From: an uncultured Planctomycetota bacterium
GTDB taxonomy: Bacteria; Planctomycetota; Planctomycetia; Isosphaerales; Isosphaeraceae
Length of the DNA stretch: 64,000 nucleotides
NCBI GenBank assembly: GCA_963823665.1
Contig: CAWGMQ010000011.1
Coordinates: forward strand, 224,001 to 288,000
Reading direction: 5' to 3'
Shown one piece after another: positions 44,485 to 55,158 of this stretch. The position numbers and the translations under genes are program-made. The notes under the pieces were generated by a model. It made no database searches. It had not been told where the DNA came from and saw nothing but the letters and a program-made list of their open reading frames with translations. Every line of letters starts with the position of its first letter. Position 1 is the stretch's first letter.

Positions 44485-45252
44485 CGCCGGCCGCGGCTGA
44501 TAGGCCAGCCACAGACTGCGGAAATACCGCAGCACGCGATCCGCATCGCTGCTCTCCGGAATCTCGGCGAACGTGAAGCCTTCATACTTCTGCGCTTGCA
44601 AAAGGGCAAACAGCTCGCGCCAGGGGTACGCCTCGTCGGTCAAGTCTCGCAAATGCACTTCGTGAATCTTGGGGGCCACGAGCGCAAAGTTCTCCTTGAT
44701 CGACCCGGCTTTGACATCAGACGGGTTAGAATTCCAGCACGTGTAAACATTGGGATGATTTGCGTATTCCATGATTTTGGCAAAGTTCGGCACCTCCGAA
44801 GTGACGCTGCCGTGCACTTCCACACGGATCGCGACTCCAAAGTCCGCGGCGTCTTCACCGATTTCGTGAAGCGCGGCCCCGATCTGCCGCAGCGTGGCGT
44901 CGAGGTCGCCCCCCTTGGGCACGCCGTTGGGCCGGACCTTCACCCCGGGGGCTCCCACGTCGTGCGCCAGCCGCACGTATTCCTTGGTCGCGTCGATGTT
45001 CTTTCGCACTACCCCACGGTCGGCCGCATGAAACTCGAACGCGCTGCCCAGCCCGGCAAGCTGCACGGGCGAGTCTTCGAATCGCTTCCGCACCTCTTCC
45101 CGCTCTCGTTTCGAGAGATTCACCTCGACTTTGTGCGCGTGCGTCGTCCGCAGCTCCACTCCCTCGTATTCGAGCTTCTCGAGCCTCGAGAGGATCGTGG
45201 GCAGGTCCCAATCCTTGGCGATGTTGTAGGTGACGATTCCGAGTTGAGACAT
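44479..45252 (-). CDS. Sugar phosphate isomerase/epimerase (TIM barrel)
   Basis: YEGVELRTTHAH, RVEVHG, EVHLRD. Confidence 0.88.
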   Translation of the reverse strand: MSQLGIVTYNIAKDWDLPTILSRLEKLEYEGVELRTTHAHKVEVNLSKREREEVRKRFEDSPVQLAGLGSAFEFHAADRGVVRKNIDATKEYVRLAHDVGAPGVKVRPNGVPKGGDLDATLRQIGAALHEIGEDAADFGVAIRVEVHGSVTSEVPNFAKIMEYANHPNVYTCWNSNPSDVKAGSIKENFALVAPKIHEVHLRDLTDEAYPWRELFALLQAQKYEGFTFAEIPESSDADRVLRYFRSLWLAYQPRPAS

Positions 45253-45354
45253 GGTGTGGTCCCCTTTTGAGCGTACGCTCGGCTGCTCCCAGGCGCGGGC
45301 TCTCGTTGCGACATGTTCATTCTGGGCCGGCGGCCCTCGGCTGTCACGAGTGTA

Positions 45355-45763
45355 TCAGCCGAGCAGCTCCTGGATCACCTCGCCGTCGGACCCGATCGAA
45401 ATCGGCCGCCCTGCGCGGTTCATGAAGCTCACCGCCGGGTCGATGCCGAGTTGATCGGATGATCGACATCTTGTTCATCAGACGGGCATGCTCGGGCAAC
45501 AGCTCGGAGACCTGCACGCCGGAAATGGCCGTCGAAATCGCCCTGAGCGGCCCCCGAAATTCGGCGGGCGCATCCGGCTTGGGATCATAAGTCTCATGTT
45601 GCGGCGGTCCGCCGTCGAGCCAGATCAAGATCACCGACTTCCCGGCCGCCGTCCGTTCGTTGCCGGTCCCCGCGCACGCCCGCGCACGCAAAAAGCTCCC
45701 CAGCGTGAGCCCGGTTGCTCCCAGGGATCCGACCTTCAAAAACCCGCGGCGATCAATCAACAA
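45355..45763 (-). pseudogene. DUF1501 gene with a large internal deletion
   Basis: N-terminus (RRGFL...WLDGGPPQHETYDPKP...IIRS) joined near 45455, out of frame, to the C-terminus (QLGIDP...GRPISI...VIQELLG*). Confidence 0.85.
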
Positions 45764-48288
45764 ACTGAAACTCCTTCGCGTTGATCAGCGCCCAGATGAT
45801 GTCTTCATACGCCGTCCGCTTAGTGGCGGCGTGCTTCTTGAGATGCGCCGTCGCGCTCGCGATTTCCTGCGCGGTGGCTCCGCGCGCAGCGCCGCCCAGA
45901 ACAGCTCATCGACCTTCGTTTCGTCGGGCCGCGGGTCGCCCGCGAGCTGCTCGGCCCGGCCTCCGGCTGACGAGAGCTTGGTCTGCACCTCGTTCGAATT
46001 GAGCATCATCAAACTCTGGCTCAAGCTCGCGTCGGTCACGCGCTCGCATTCGCAGGAGGTCTCGCGCTTGGGCCTGCCGAACGTATCCAGGAATCCTGAC
46101 CCGACGCTCTCATCCGGCAGATCGATCGCACGCGTACCAGCCGGCAGGCCGTCGAACGGCGTCGGCACGCCCGATACCTGCGCAATCGCGTCGAGCAGCA
46201 CCTCGGCACCCATTCGCCGCGGGTAGTGCCGCGCGAAGCTCTGTTTGTCCTTGCCGTTGGTCTCATTCGGCAAGCTCGAAAGCCCGTAAACCCGGCTGTT
46301 GCAGATTTCCCGGATCAGACCCTTGAGATCGTAGCCGCTCTTGACGAACTTGTCGGCCAGCGCGTCGAGCAGCTCCGGGTTCGACGGCGGGTTCGTCAGC
46401 CGCATGTCGTCCGGCGGCTCGACAATCCCGCGCCCGAAAAAGTGCGCCCAGTAGCGATTCACCAGCGCCCGCGCGAAGAACGGGTTCTTGGCATCCGCCA
46501 GCCAGTCCACCAGCTTCTGCCGCGGGTCGTCGCCGGCGGCCACCTGCACGACGCTTGCGCCCAGTCCCTTCGGCGCCATCTGCTCGCCCGTCTTGGGATG
46601 TGCGACCGCTCCCGACCGCAGCGTGTACACCACCTCAGCGTCGCGCCCGTTCCGCTGGGCGCGTATGTCCGCCTTGCGGCCCACCCGGGCAAAGAACGCC
46701 GCAAACCCGTAATAGTCGTGCTGGCTCCATTTTTCGAAAGGATGATGATGGCACTTGGCGCACTGCAAACGCATCCCAAGGAACACCTGCGCCGTGTCGT
46801 CGACGAACGCACTTGTCTCGCGTAGCTTGCGATACCACTGAACCGCCGGCGCGGTCTCGGAGCTGCCGCTGGCCGCCAGAATCCCGCGCACGAATTGATC
46901 GTACGGCACGTTCTTCGCCAGGCTCTCCCGGATCCAATCGTGGAAGTTGTACGTCGATGATTGAACATCCGAGCGGCCCTCTCGCTTGTTCCGCAGGATG
47001 TCCGCCCACTTGATGGCGAAATACGACGCATACTCCGGCCGTTCCAGCAGCGTGTCCACCAGCTTGGCCCGCTTGGCAGGGTCCGCATTCGCCATGAACG
47101 CCTTCACCTCCTGGGCCGTCGGCAAAGTCCCATTGATGTCGATCGACGCCCGCCTGATGAACTCATCATCCCCGCATAGCGATGAAGGCGCCACGCCGAG
47201 CGCTTTCCATTGCTTGAGCGCCGCGGCATCAATTGCGTTCTGCACGGGAAAGTCAACCCGGGCCGCCGCTGCCGTTGTCGTGGGCACCGTCGCTCGGAAC
47301 ACGGCGACCTGCCCCTGATAGCGCGCCATGATCGCAGCCTGGCCCGAGAGCCCACCAGCCTGCACTCTCCCCCCCTGCTCCACCGCGGCAACCTCGGTTT
47401 CGTTCGACTGATACTGGGCCCACCGCGTCACGTCTTCCGTCGTCCCGTCCGTATACGTCGCCGTCACCACGACCTGCTGGCTGCCTTCGCGCCAAGCACG
47501 CGCGCATCGGGGTAAACTGAAATTCGTTCAACCTTGGGATCCGTCGGTTTTCCGAACGGCATCCCGATCGCGATCCATCGCCGTATCAGTTGATATTCGT
47601 GTGAGTCGGGGTCAAGTCGTTTCCCGCCGCCATGGGGTGCCCTGGCGGTCGCCTTCTCCAGCAGCAGGCTGGCATCCGGTGCCGCAGGAAACACCCGGCG
47701 ACCGCGCGCTTCCTTCACCAGCGTCTCGTAGTCCAGCGCCGGCTCAAACCCCAGCAAGCTGAGTCGGAATCCGTTCTGGCCGCTCGACTTGCCGTGGCAT
47801 CCGCCCGCATTACATCCAAGCTTGGTAAAGATCGGAACGACCTGGTTGGCGAAATGGACCGGCACGCCCGCCGTGAATTCCTTCACGGTCACCGGAACGG
47901 TCGCGGAAATTCCACCCAGCTCCACGGTGATTTTTGCCGTTCCGTCGCCGCGTGCAGTGATCAGACCTGTTTGATCAACGCTGGCCACCCGCGCGTCCGA
48001 GCTGACGAAGTGCGCCCCCCGCGTCACGTCTCGCGGCTGAGCCCCTTCTCCGCCAGTGAGCCCGTCGATCGCCAATTGCTGAACGGCATCAGGTCCACGC
48101 AGCATCACGGCCGCGGGCGTCGGGCGCAATTTAGCCGGCCGAGCTTCGTTCGAATCGCCCGCCACGAGCGCTTCCGCTCGAGCCGCATCGGTAATCCCCC
48201 AGGCGACCCCCACGGCGATGGCGACCGCAACGCCAACCACCCGCCTCGCGCGTCCCAGCCGGTCGTGCATTCCTTCCAATCCCATCAA
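45753..48288 (-). CDS. DUF1549/DUF1553 protein with Ig-like (Big_2) domains (frameshifts near 47480 and 45880)
   Basis: GCNAGGCHGK, DDEFIRR, QCAKCHHHPF, NRYWAHFFGRG, FGRPKRETSCECER; ends WALINAKEFQFVD*. Confidence 0.92.
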
Positions 48289-48707
48289 GCTCTCTCCTGA
48301 GGTTCGTCCACTCTATTCCCTATCGAATTCTAGCGATTCCGGCAACGCAATTGTTAAATAATTCTTGCACGTCGGAGGAATCGCTGAGCCACGCGGGTCG
48401 GCATGGGGCACTTGAGGCTTTGAAAGAGTGGTACGAAATGGTAAGAATTGGTACTCCGCACGAGAAAATCGGTCTCACTCCAAATCGCCGTTCTCGGGCC
48501 AGGCCAACACTTTCTGTCGAATTCTCGCGCCGCCTGACGACCGCGGCAGTTACTCATGCGGAAAACGCTGTTTCGATGGGCCGATCCGATGCCCTGGCGT
48601 CGTTGCGATATCAAGGAATCTATGCTCCCATGTTGAGCGAAATCCACACGTCAATGGCTTGGCTCGCCCTTCGCACGGGCACCGCCAAAAGTTGTGTGAG
48701 GAAGGAA

Positions 48708-48850
48708 GGATTCGTGCATCAGCGCCCGCGGCCCGGCAAACAGCGCCCGGCCCGGCAAGCAAAGTGCCCACAACCAACGGTTCCGCCCCCTGTCATGCTG
48801 CACAATCCCGCCTAGCCTACAGTATACCACACCCCAGACCTCCAATGCAA
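48708..48850 (-). promoter_or_regulatory. Sigma70 promoter followed by a ~100-nt stem-closed segment (sRNA candidate)
   Basis: TTGCAT-N18-TATACT with extended TG (48850-48821); GGATT-GTGCA (about 48799-48808) pairs with TGCACGAATCC (48708-48718). Confidence 0.4.
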
Positions 48851-48916
48851 TAAAATCTTCTCATTTTATCCATTTTCACAATCCGCACTCTCTTCGCACC
48901 ACGGATTGGCGTCCGG

Positions 48917-50200
48917 ATTTCGTTTTGGTGATTCGACGATGCTCCTTGCGCGATAAGCACTAAGGGAACGGCGGCACAAGTAGGTTAGGCTTTAGCCTGA
49001 CGATTCCTTCCAACCCCGCGATCAATGACCAGTGTCGCCACTCGCCCCCGCCGGGCCGGGCAGCCTTCGACTCCGCTTCGCATCGAGGGAGGGCGAAGCT
49101 GCCGCTGAGCCACCCTTCCCTCGTTCCGATGGTCGGCGACGGAACGCTCTCCTCGGCAGTCTGCGTCGTCCCCTCGTTCCAATGCTCCGCGTCGGAACGT
49201 CCCCCGGCCGCCTCGCCGCAAAGCGAGCGAGGAGCTCGAACGCAATGTCGCTCGGTTGCCTGGTGCCGATGCTCCGCGTCGGAACCTCCCCCATGCCGCT
49301 CTGCGGCGCGCTCGGCGATGACATCCGCGTGTCGGCTTCCGCCGCCCAACCTCCGTTCTCCGTCCTGCGTTGTAGCCCCATTTCGTTTTGTATATTCGAC
49401 GCGCGGCCTTTCCCCACAAGGGTTAAGGGAACGCCGAGCATCCGTCCCGCGCTTGTGGCGAAGGGCGCCTGCGCGCCGGGAAGTCCGCGCACCCAGAAAA
49501 GAGCGAATCTCCCTTTCGCTCGTTCCGTTGCTCCGCGACGGAACGCCCTCCTCGACGGTCTGCGTCGCCCCCTCGTTCCGATGCTCCGCGTCGGAACGTC
49601 CCCCGTGCCGCTCCGCGGCGCGCTCCGCGACGACATCCGCATGTCGCCTTCCGCCGCCCCTCCTCCGTCCTCCGTCCTCCGTCCTGCGTTGTAGCCTCAT
49701 TTCGTTTTGTATATTCGACGCGCGGCCTTTCCCCACAAGGGTTAAGGGAATGCCTAGCATCCATCCCGCGCTCGTGGTGGAGCTGCCGGCGCAGGCGGCC
49801 GAGGGGGCCTTGCGCGCCGTGAAGTCCGCGCACCCAAAGAAAGCGCGAATCTCCCTTTCGCTCGTTCCGTTGCTCCGCGACGGAACGCCCTCCTCGACGG
49901 TCTGCGTCGCCCCCTCGTTCCGATGCTCCGCGTCGGAACGTCCCCCGTGCCGCTCCGCGGCGCGCTCCGCGACGACATCCGCATGTCGCCTTCCGCCGCC
50001 CCTCCTCCGTCCTCCGTCCTCCGTCCTGCGTTGTAGCCCCATTTCGTTTTGTATATTCGACGCGCGGCCTTTCCCCACAAGGGTTAAGGGAATGCCTAGC
50101 ATCCATCCCGCGCTCGTGGTGGAGGTGCCGGCGCAGGCGGCCGAGGGGGCCCTGCGCGCCGTGAAGTCCGCGCACCCAAAGGAAGCGCAAATCTCTCTTT
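48917..50200 (-). repeat. Tandem array of ~320-340-bp units, each with the 53-bp motif and REP-like palindromes
   Basis: Motif at 48917, 49380, 49699 and 50041; repeated ctcgttccgatgctccgcgtcggaacg palindromes; about 49500-49750 nearly identical to 49842-50092. Confidence 0.92.
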
Positions 50201-50354
50201 GAGTGGACTGAAAAGCACGGCCAAAAACATAGTGAACAACATCGGCGATTCGCAATGGCAATTTTCGGTGGCACGTGCCATGAGCTGTTTCCATCACTGA
50301 AGAACCTCTTGGACTGTCCTTATTCGATTAGCAACATTGAGCTTGCAGAGAGTT

Positions 50355-50620
50355 CGCTCCACTGGAGCAGTCGCCGCGCTCCTCGAAAAAATGGCAAAAA
50401 GTGGCAATCCTACGAGGTCCGTAAAGCATCCGTACATTAGTGCAAACTGGCCGCATCTGAATCCTGTTTCTGAGCAGCACAAGTCGACTGAGCAATTCCT
50501 CCGGGCTTTAGGTGTGCATTCAATACGCGAATATCGCCATGAGCCGGCTCCAAAACGCCAGTGCGCGGCGCACTCCCTCGTGTACAATATGCGACGACTT
50601 TTCCGATTCGTGGCGCGATC
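50355..50620 (+). pseudogene. Possible degraded C-terminus of an IS1182/IS4-like DDE transposase
   Basis: ALLEKMAK...QFLRALG...LVYNMRRLF resembles DDE transposase ends; heavily eroded. Confidence 0.3.
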
Positions 50621-50773
50621 GGCCGGGAGGTTTCCAAAAAGTTTCCGGGTTCCATCGATCAGATCGATTAAAGGACAGAATTCATTCTGGAAGCGCGCGC
50701 CGGTGCTCAGCCCGCGAGCGCGGTGAAAGTCGATCAGTCAGAAATTCATCGTCCCGAAGGGGGGGAGCATTTC

Positions 50774-51259
50774 ATGTGCACGCGCCAGCTCTCGATCGCA
50801 TCACTTTGCCTCTTGGTCGCGCTACTCGCCGTCGATAGCGCGTGGTACCGGCGCGCCTTCTACGAACATCGATCGGCCTTCGGCTTCGGCAACGCGCCTG
50901 CGTTCGACAGCGGCGTGATCCCCATGGCCAACATCCTGATAATCGGCATTTACATCGCAGTGTCGCGCAAGGTCCGTCCGGGTCCTTTCCTCATCGGCTT
51001 CGAGATCGGCGGGCTCCTTGCGATCGCCGCGTTCATCGCCCTGGCCTGGACCTGGCCCGACGGCATAAGGCTATGGGTTCGCCCGATCTACAAGGTCTGG
51101 TCGTTTGCGTCCTCCGGCCCTCTGCCTCAGATTTACATGTTTGCTGGCGACACAGCTTGCTTCTTGCCCGTGCAGTTGCTGCTGGCTTCTCTTACCGGAC
51201 TGCTCGCCTGGCAGTCAGCGCAGCATGGTCGTCAAACCAAGATTTCCGCCCGCTTATGA
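50774..51259 (+). CDS. Hypothetical membrane protein
   Basis: RQLSIASLCLLVALLA start, PFLIGFEIGG, about 4 TM segments. Confidence 0.75.
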   Translation: MCTRQLSIASLCLLVALLAVDSAWYRRAFYEHRSAFGFGNAPAFDSGVIPMANILIIGIYIAVSRKVRPGPFLIGFEIGGLLAIAAFIALAWTWPDGIRLWVRPIYKVWSFASSGPLPQIYMFAGDTACFLPVQLLLASLTGLLAWQSAQHGRQTKISARL

Positions 51260-51268
51260 CACGCGTCG

Positions 51269-51525
51269 AATTCGTTTTGTCCATTCGACGCACGTCCTTT
51301 CCCCACAAGGGTTAAGGGAACGAACCCGCCGAGCCTCGTTCGTTGCCAGCAAATCAGCGAACTCCCCCATTGTCGCCCTTCGCTCCCGCGAAGGGTCTTC
51401 CCCACTCCAATCGTTTGCAGTGCGCCCGAACGTCTCGCCTCAACCGCACACAATCGCCCGCCTGGGGCGCGGCGGATCTCGATTCGAGCGACCTGAACCC
51501 CTTCGATTTAAGAGGCGTGTACACC
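51269..51525 (-). repeat. Solo copy of the 53-bp motif with an adjacent REP-like palindrome
   Basis: aattcgttttgtccattcgacgcacgtcctttccccacaagggttaagggaac (51269-51321); gtcgcccttcgctcccgcgaagg at 51372. Confidence 0.75.
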
Positions 51526-51959
51526 ATTCTCTGGACTGGGTCGGGGAAATGCCATGCACACGTGACGCGCACCAGTTCGCGCCCCGCGATTGCCGGATGC
51601 CTCGCGGCCGACGCCGCCCACATGAGGCGCCGTAACACCAACTGGCAGCGCTCGTGTGCGCTCGGGCACGTCGCCGGCGTTTGCACGTGTCGGTTGCTGC
51701 GAACCGCTCGATATGGCCGGCGCTGCTTCGTTGCATGCCGCGCCGGCGAATGGAACGACGCTGACCCGTCCCTAATCCAATCGAACTGCGCGTCTGCCGC
51801 TACGACCAGGGCGAGCGAGCGAGCCGCTTACCGACAGAAAGGCGACTTGCGCGGCCGCGTTGCCCTGAAACCAGCGCCGTGAACAACGCGGTGCAGCTGC
51901 TTCTTTCTGGGCAGAAATTATCGATCAATTCCTATCTCGTAGTCAACACGCAGGCCGGC

Positions 51960-52085
51960 TCACTTCACCGCCCGCGGCGGTGGGGCCGGTTCCCCGAGCA
52001 GAAACTCCCGGCTGATCGGAGTGGCGTCCCAGACCTTCGCCGTTTTGTCGTTACTCCCGGTCACGACCCGCGACCCGTCGCCAGC
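51960..52085 (-). pseudogene. C-terminal WD40 repeat remnant
   Basis: Manual translation: AGDGSRVVTGSNDKTAKVWDATPISREFLLGEPAPPPRAVK*; no start. Confidence 0.75.
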
Positions 52086-52148
52086 GAGACCGCCAATAGG
52101 GCCGCCATCCGGCGATCTCGGCGGATCATCCGGGCCTCCATCGTCAGC

Positions 52149-53900
52149 TCATCCGGAGGAGGAAAACGACGACGCCTTCGCCCGGGCCGGGACTGGGATC
52201 GGCGTGCGGTCGGCCATCAAGGTCAAGAGTGCCGCGGCGGTGCAGAAAGTGCGGCCCTTGACCTCATGAATTCCGGACCAGCTCCCGTCGCCGTTTTGCA
52301 TCCGGTCGAGCCTCGCGGTCATCAGAGAATCCCAGCGCCGCCACGTGTCACCGCCCTTGGCGACCAGGCTCTCGGCGATCATCATGTAGCTGAGGAATTC
52401 GTCGCCGCCGTTGGTGCCGAAGCCGGCGAGGAAGCCCGAATGGCCCAGCCTCGCGACGACCGCCGCCTGGGCCTCCTGCTGGAGCTTCTCCGACCCTGCG
52501 TTCCTGGCGAGGCTCTTCTCGGCCGCGGCCAGCTCCTTCGGATCTTTGGAATGGGCGGCCTGATCGCGGAGCCTCGGCATCTCCGCCCGGCCCGTGTTGA
52601 CCGCGTCCTGCAACATGCCCAGGGTGGCCGCCCGGCTATAAAGCTCGGCTCCTCCACTCTTGAAAATCGTCAGCATTTCCCCGGGAGCAACCGCGTGTGG
52701 CATCGTCAGACCGCCGCCGGCCCCCCTTCCGGTCGTCGTGCGCCCTTTGGTTCGAGAGCGCGGAGGCGCCGTCTTGCCTGCCCGCACCTCCGTCTCACGG
52801 TCGACGCTTTTCCCATCCCTCGCCGCCTCTCCGGCCGAGGGCGATGGGGGCGCCGGCCTGGCGCCAGGTAGCCGGCCGCGGCGCTCGACGAGTTCCGCCT
52901 CACGTTCCGCGGCCTTCGACGGGCTCCTTCCCGCATCCAGCGCCAGCGTGCCGTCCCTCGCCCGCTGCCGGAACGTTTCCTGGGCTATCTCGCGCGCGAA
53001 TCTCCACACCATCACCCAGTTCGATGGCTCAATATGGAGCGCCACCCCGGACAGATCCTTGTAAGCCTTACGTGCGCCATCTTCCAATCGGGCCAGAGCG
53101 AAATCGGAGACAACCTCCCCGGCCTGCCGTGCACGATGGAGCCCCTTCCCGCACGTCGCGGCGGGCAGGATCCACTCCCAGCCCGCGAGGTCGTACGGAA
53201 CAGGCGGCATCGGGGTTTTCTTCGTGACCGAGTCCGAAAGGGCGTGTGTCCATGCGGGGAACCCGAACGGATCGTCTTGCATCACGTGCCGTTCGATCTG
53301 GACGATCACCTTCTTTAAGGTGCGGTCGACGACGTCTTCGCTCACGGAAGAGGACATGTGCCCCTTGACCTCAGCCAGGAGCACGCAGGCCAGGTAGGTG
53401 TCGAGGTACGGTCCGTATCTCCTCTGGACCATCGTCTTGCGCACGAACGGATCGTGGTCAAGCGACTCGGGATCGAATGTTTCGAGTTGGGTGCAGACGT
53501 ACTCCACGCCCTGGGCGATCGCGCCCCGGTACGGCCCCTCGCGCGGCGTACTCCCCGATCGAATGAGCGCCAGGCATGCGATGCAGGTGTTGGTCAATTC
53601 CGGCGTTTCGGAACGGGTTTTCAAGTCCACCGCCCCGGAACCCTCGCCCGCGCCCCACCCGCCGCCGGGGAGTTGACTCTCCACCAGCCATTCGAGGCCC
53701 CTCCTGACCGGCCGGCTCAGCGGCTTGGGCTCCATGGCCGTCGCGTGTCGATCGGCGGGCCGAACACCCCCGTCGGCGGGGGGAACTTCCTGCCTGCCGG
53801 GCTCATCAGCTCCGGTGGCCGAGTCAGCAGAGGAAATCCCCCAGGCCGCGACGCACGCCAGCAGCACGACCAGCGCCAAAACCCGCCGTCGGTCCCTCAT
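52149..53900 (-). CDS. Exported prenyltransferase/squalene-cyclase-repeat (QW motif) protein
   Basis: Signal peptide; RGLEWLVESQLPGGGW, MQNGDGSW, GRTFCTAAALLTL. Confidence 0.8.
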   Translation of the reverse strand: MRDRRRVLALVVLLACVAAWGISSADSATGADEPGRQEVPPADGGVRPADRHATAMEPKPLSRPVRRGLEWLVESQLPGGGWGAGEGSGAVDLKTRSETPELTNTCIACLALIRSGSTPREGPYRGAIAQGVEYVCTQLETFDPESLDHDPFVRKTMVQRRYGPYLDTYLACVLLAEVKGHMSSSVSEDVVDRTLKKVIVQIERHVMQDDPFGFPAWTHALSDSVTKKTPMPPVPYDLAGWEWILPAATCGKGLHRARQAGEVVSDFALARLEDGARKAYKDLSGVALHIEPSNWVMVWRFAREIAQETFRQRARDGTLALDAGRSPSKAAEREAELVERRGRLPGARPAPPSPSAGEAARDGKSVDRETEVRAGKTAPPRSRTKGRTTTGRGAGGGLTMPHAVAPGEMLTIFKSGGAELYSRAATLGMLQDAVNTGRAEMPRLRDQAAHSKDPKELAAAEKSLARNAGSEKLQQEAQAAVVARLGHSGFLAGFGTNGGDEFLSYMMIAESLVAKGGDTWRRWDSLMTARLDRMQNGDGSWSGIHEVKGRTFCTAAALLTLMADRTPIPVPARAKASSFSSSG

Positions 53901-54134
53901 GAGATCGTCTCCTCGAAAGGTACCCCCTCCTCCGACCCACTCTGTTCCACGTGAGATCCTGGAGGATGTTCTCGCCAGCATCCCCGGAACCCGGCTGCCG
54001 GTCCGATTCAGACTCATTCATGCTACGATGTCCGGGGTCCGGCGCAAAGCCGGACCACATCCGCAGCCACGGGGAAGCATTGCCCCGCGAATGCCCTTCG
54101 CGAACTCACGCGGAATTAAACGGAGATGATCGCC

Positions 54135-54812
54135 ATGTCTGCCAGCCAGCTTTCGATTGGACAAGTGATGATGGCAGTCGGGCTGGTCGCTGCGGATCTT
54201 GCGACTGTGCGTGCTTCGGACGGAATGCTCAAATACCCTCCGATCTGGATGCTCTTGGGTGCCTTCAACTTCTTCGGCATATGGAAGCTTATTCTGGCGC
54301 GACGGATTCGCGCCGCTCACTTCAGGTTTCTGATGATTTCGATCGTTGCGTTCTTAGCGTGGGGAGACGCCGTGGCGTCCGATTATAGCCACCCTCTCGG
54401 TGCTTTGGTCCGTGGGTACGAACACGTCACTGGAATAAATGTAAACATGATGTCACGCCAGTCTCTGAGAATCGGTGACTTCTGGCTGACTTCTTTCCTG
54501 AGCCTCGCGCTGGCTTGTGTCATCGAAATCACTTTCGTGTTGGTCGAGAGGCACTTGGGCAGGGCCAGCGCGGCGTTCTCGCGTGGCGCGGTGGGTGGGG
54601 TTGGTTTTTTTGCTGTGATGGCGTTCGTCCGCTGGGCGGCCTCGGGACGTTGGCCTCCATATTGCCGTCAATGGAGCGGCCTTTGGTCCCTGACTGTCAT
54701 TGTTGTCTGCCTGGTCTGTGGGGGCTTGATCGGGTTATCAAGGCTCAAGTCGAAGGGACTGCGCCGCGAGAGCGGCATCGCACAGATAGCGGAGAGTCCA
54801 CGATCGCGCTGA
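54135..54812 (+). CDS. Hypothetical membrane protein
   Basis: QLSIGQVMMAVGLVAADLA start (same type as 50774); about 6 TM segments. Confidence 0.7.
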   Translation: MSASQLSIGQVMMAVGLVAADLATVRASDGMLKYPPIWMLLGAFNFFGIWKLILARRIRAAHFRFLMISIVAFLAWGDAVASDYSHPLGALVRGYEHVTGINVNMMSRQSLRIGDFWLTSFLSLALACVIEITFVLVERHLGRASAAFSRGAVGGVGFFAVMAFVRWAASGRWPPYCRQWSGLWSLTVIVVCLVCGGLIGLSRLKSKGLRRESGIAQIAESPRSR

Positions 54813-55158
54813 TTGAGCTGATCGTCTGATCGAGAGACGCGACAACAATCCCACGGTCGCGCAAGAGCTTAGTCGCTGCCGCCCCTTTCTCCTTCCGCGC
54901 GACCATTTGGCTGCCGTTCCTCTCCTTCGTTACCTTCGCGCCCTTCTGTTCAAAATCCGTGAACTCGCCCGGGTCAGTTTGTGGCCCCGAAACTACCCAA
55001 TCCTGCGATGGACAGCGATCTCCAGACGGCTCCGCCACAAGCCGGGTCCGTCTGCTGTTTCTAAACCATCGGTCCTCCGACCGGTCGGTCGTCGTGGACT
55101 CAGGCTTGCGAGAGCGCTGTGCCATTTGGGCGTCCGACCATTCGAGGGCGCTGCCGGG

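Noticed and set aside
48917..50200. CRISPR array or genuine 445-aa repeat protein
   Set aside because: Inter-motif segments are near-identical rather than unique; unit lengths break the frame; the ORFs are typical of GC-rich palindromic DNA.
55060..55127. HigA-like N-terminal remnant (MAQRSRKPESTTTDRSEDRWF)
   Set aside because: Too short and weak to support.
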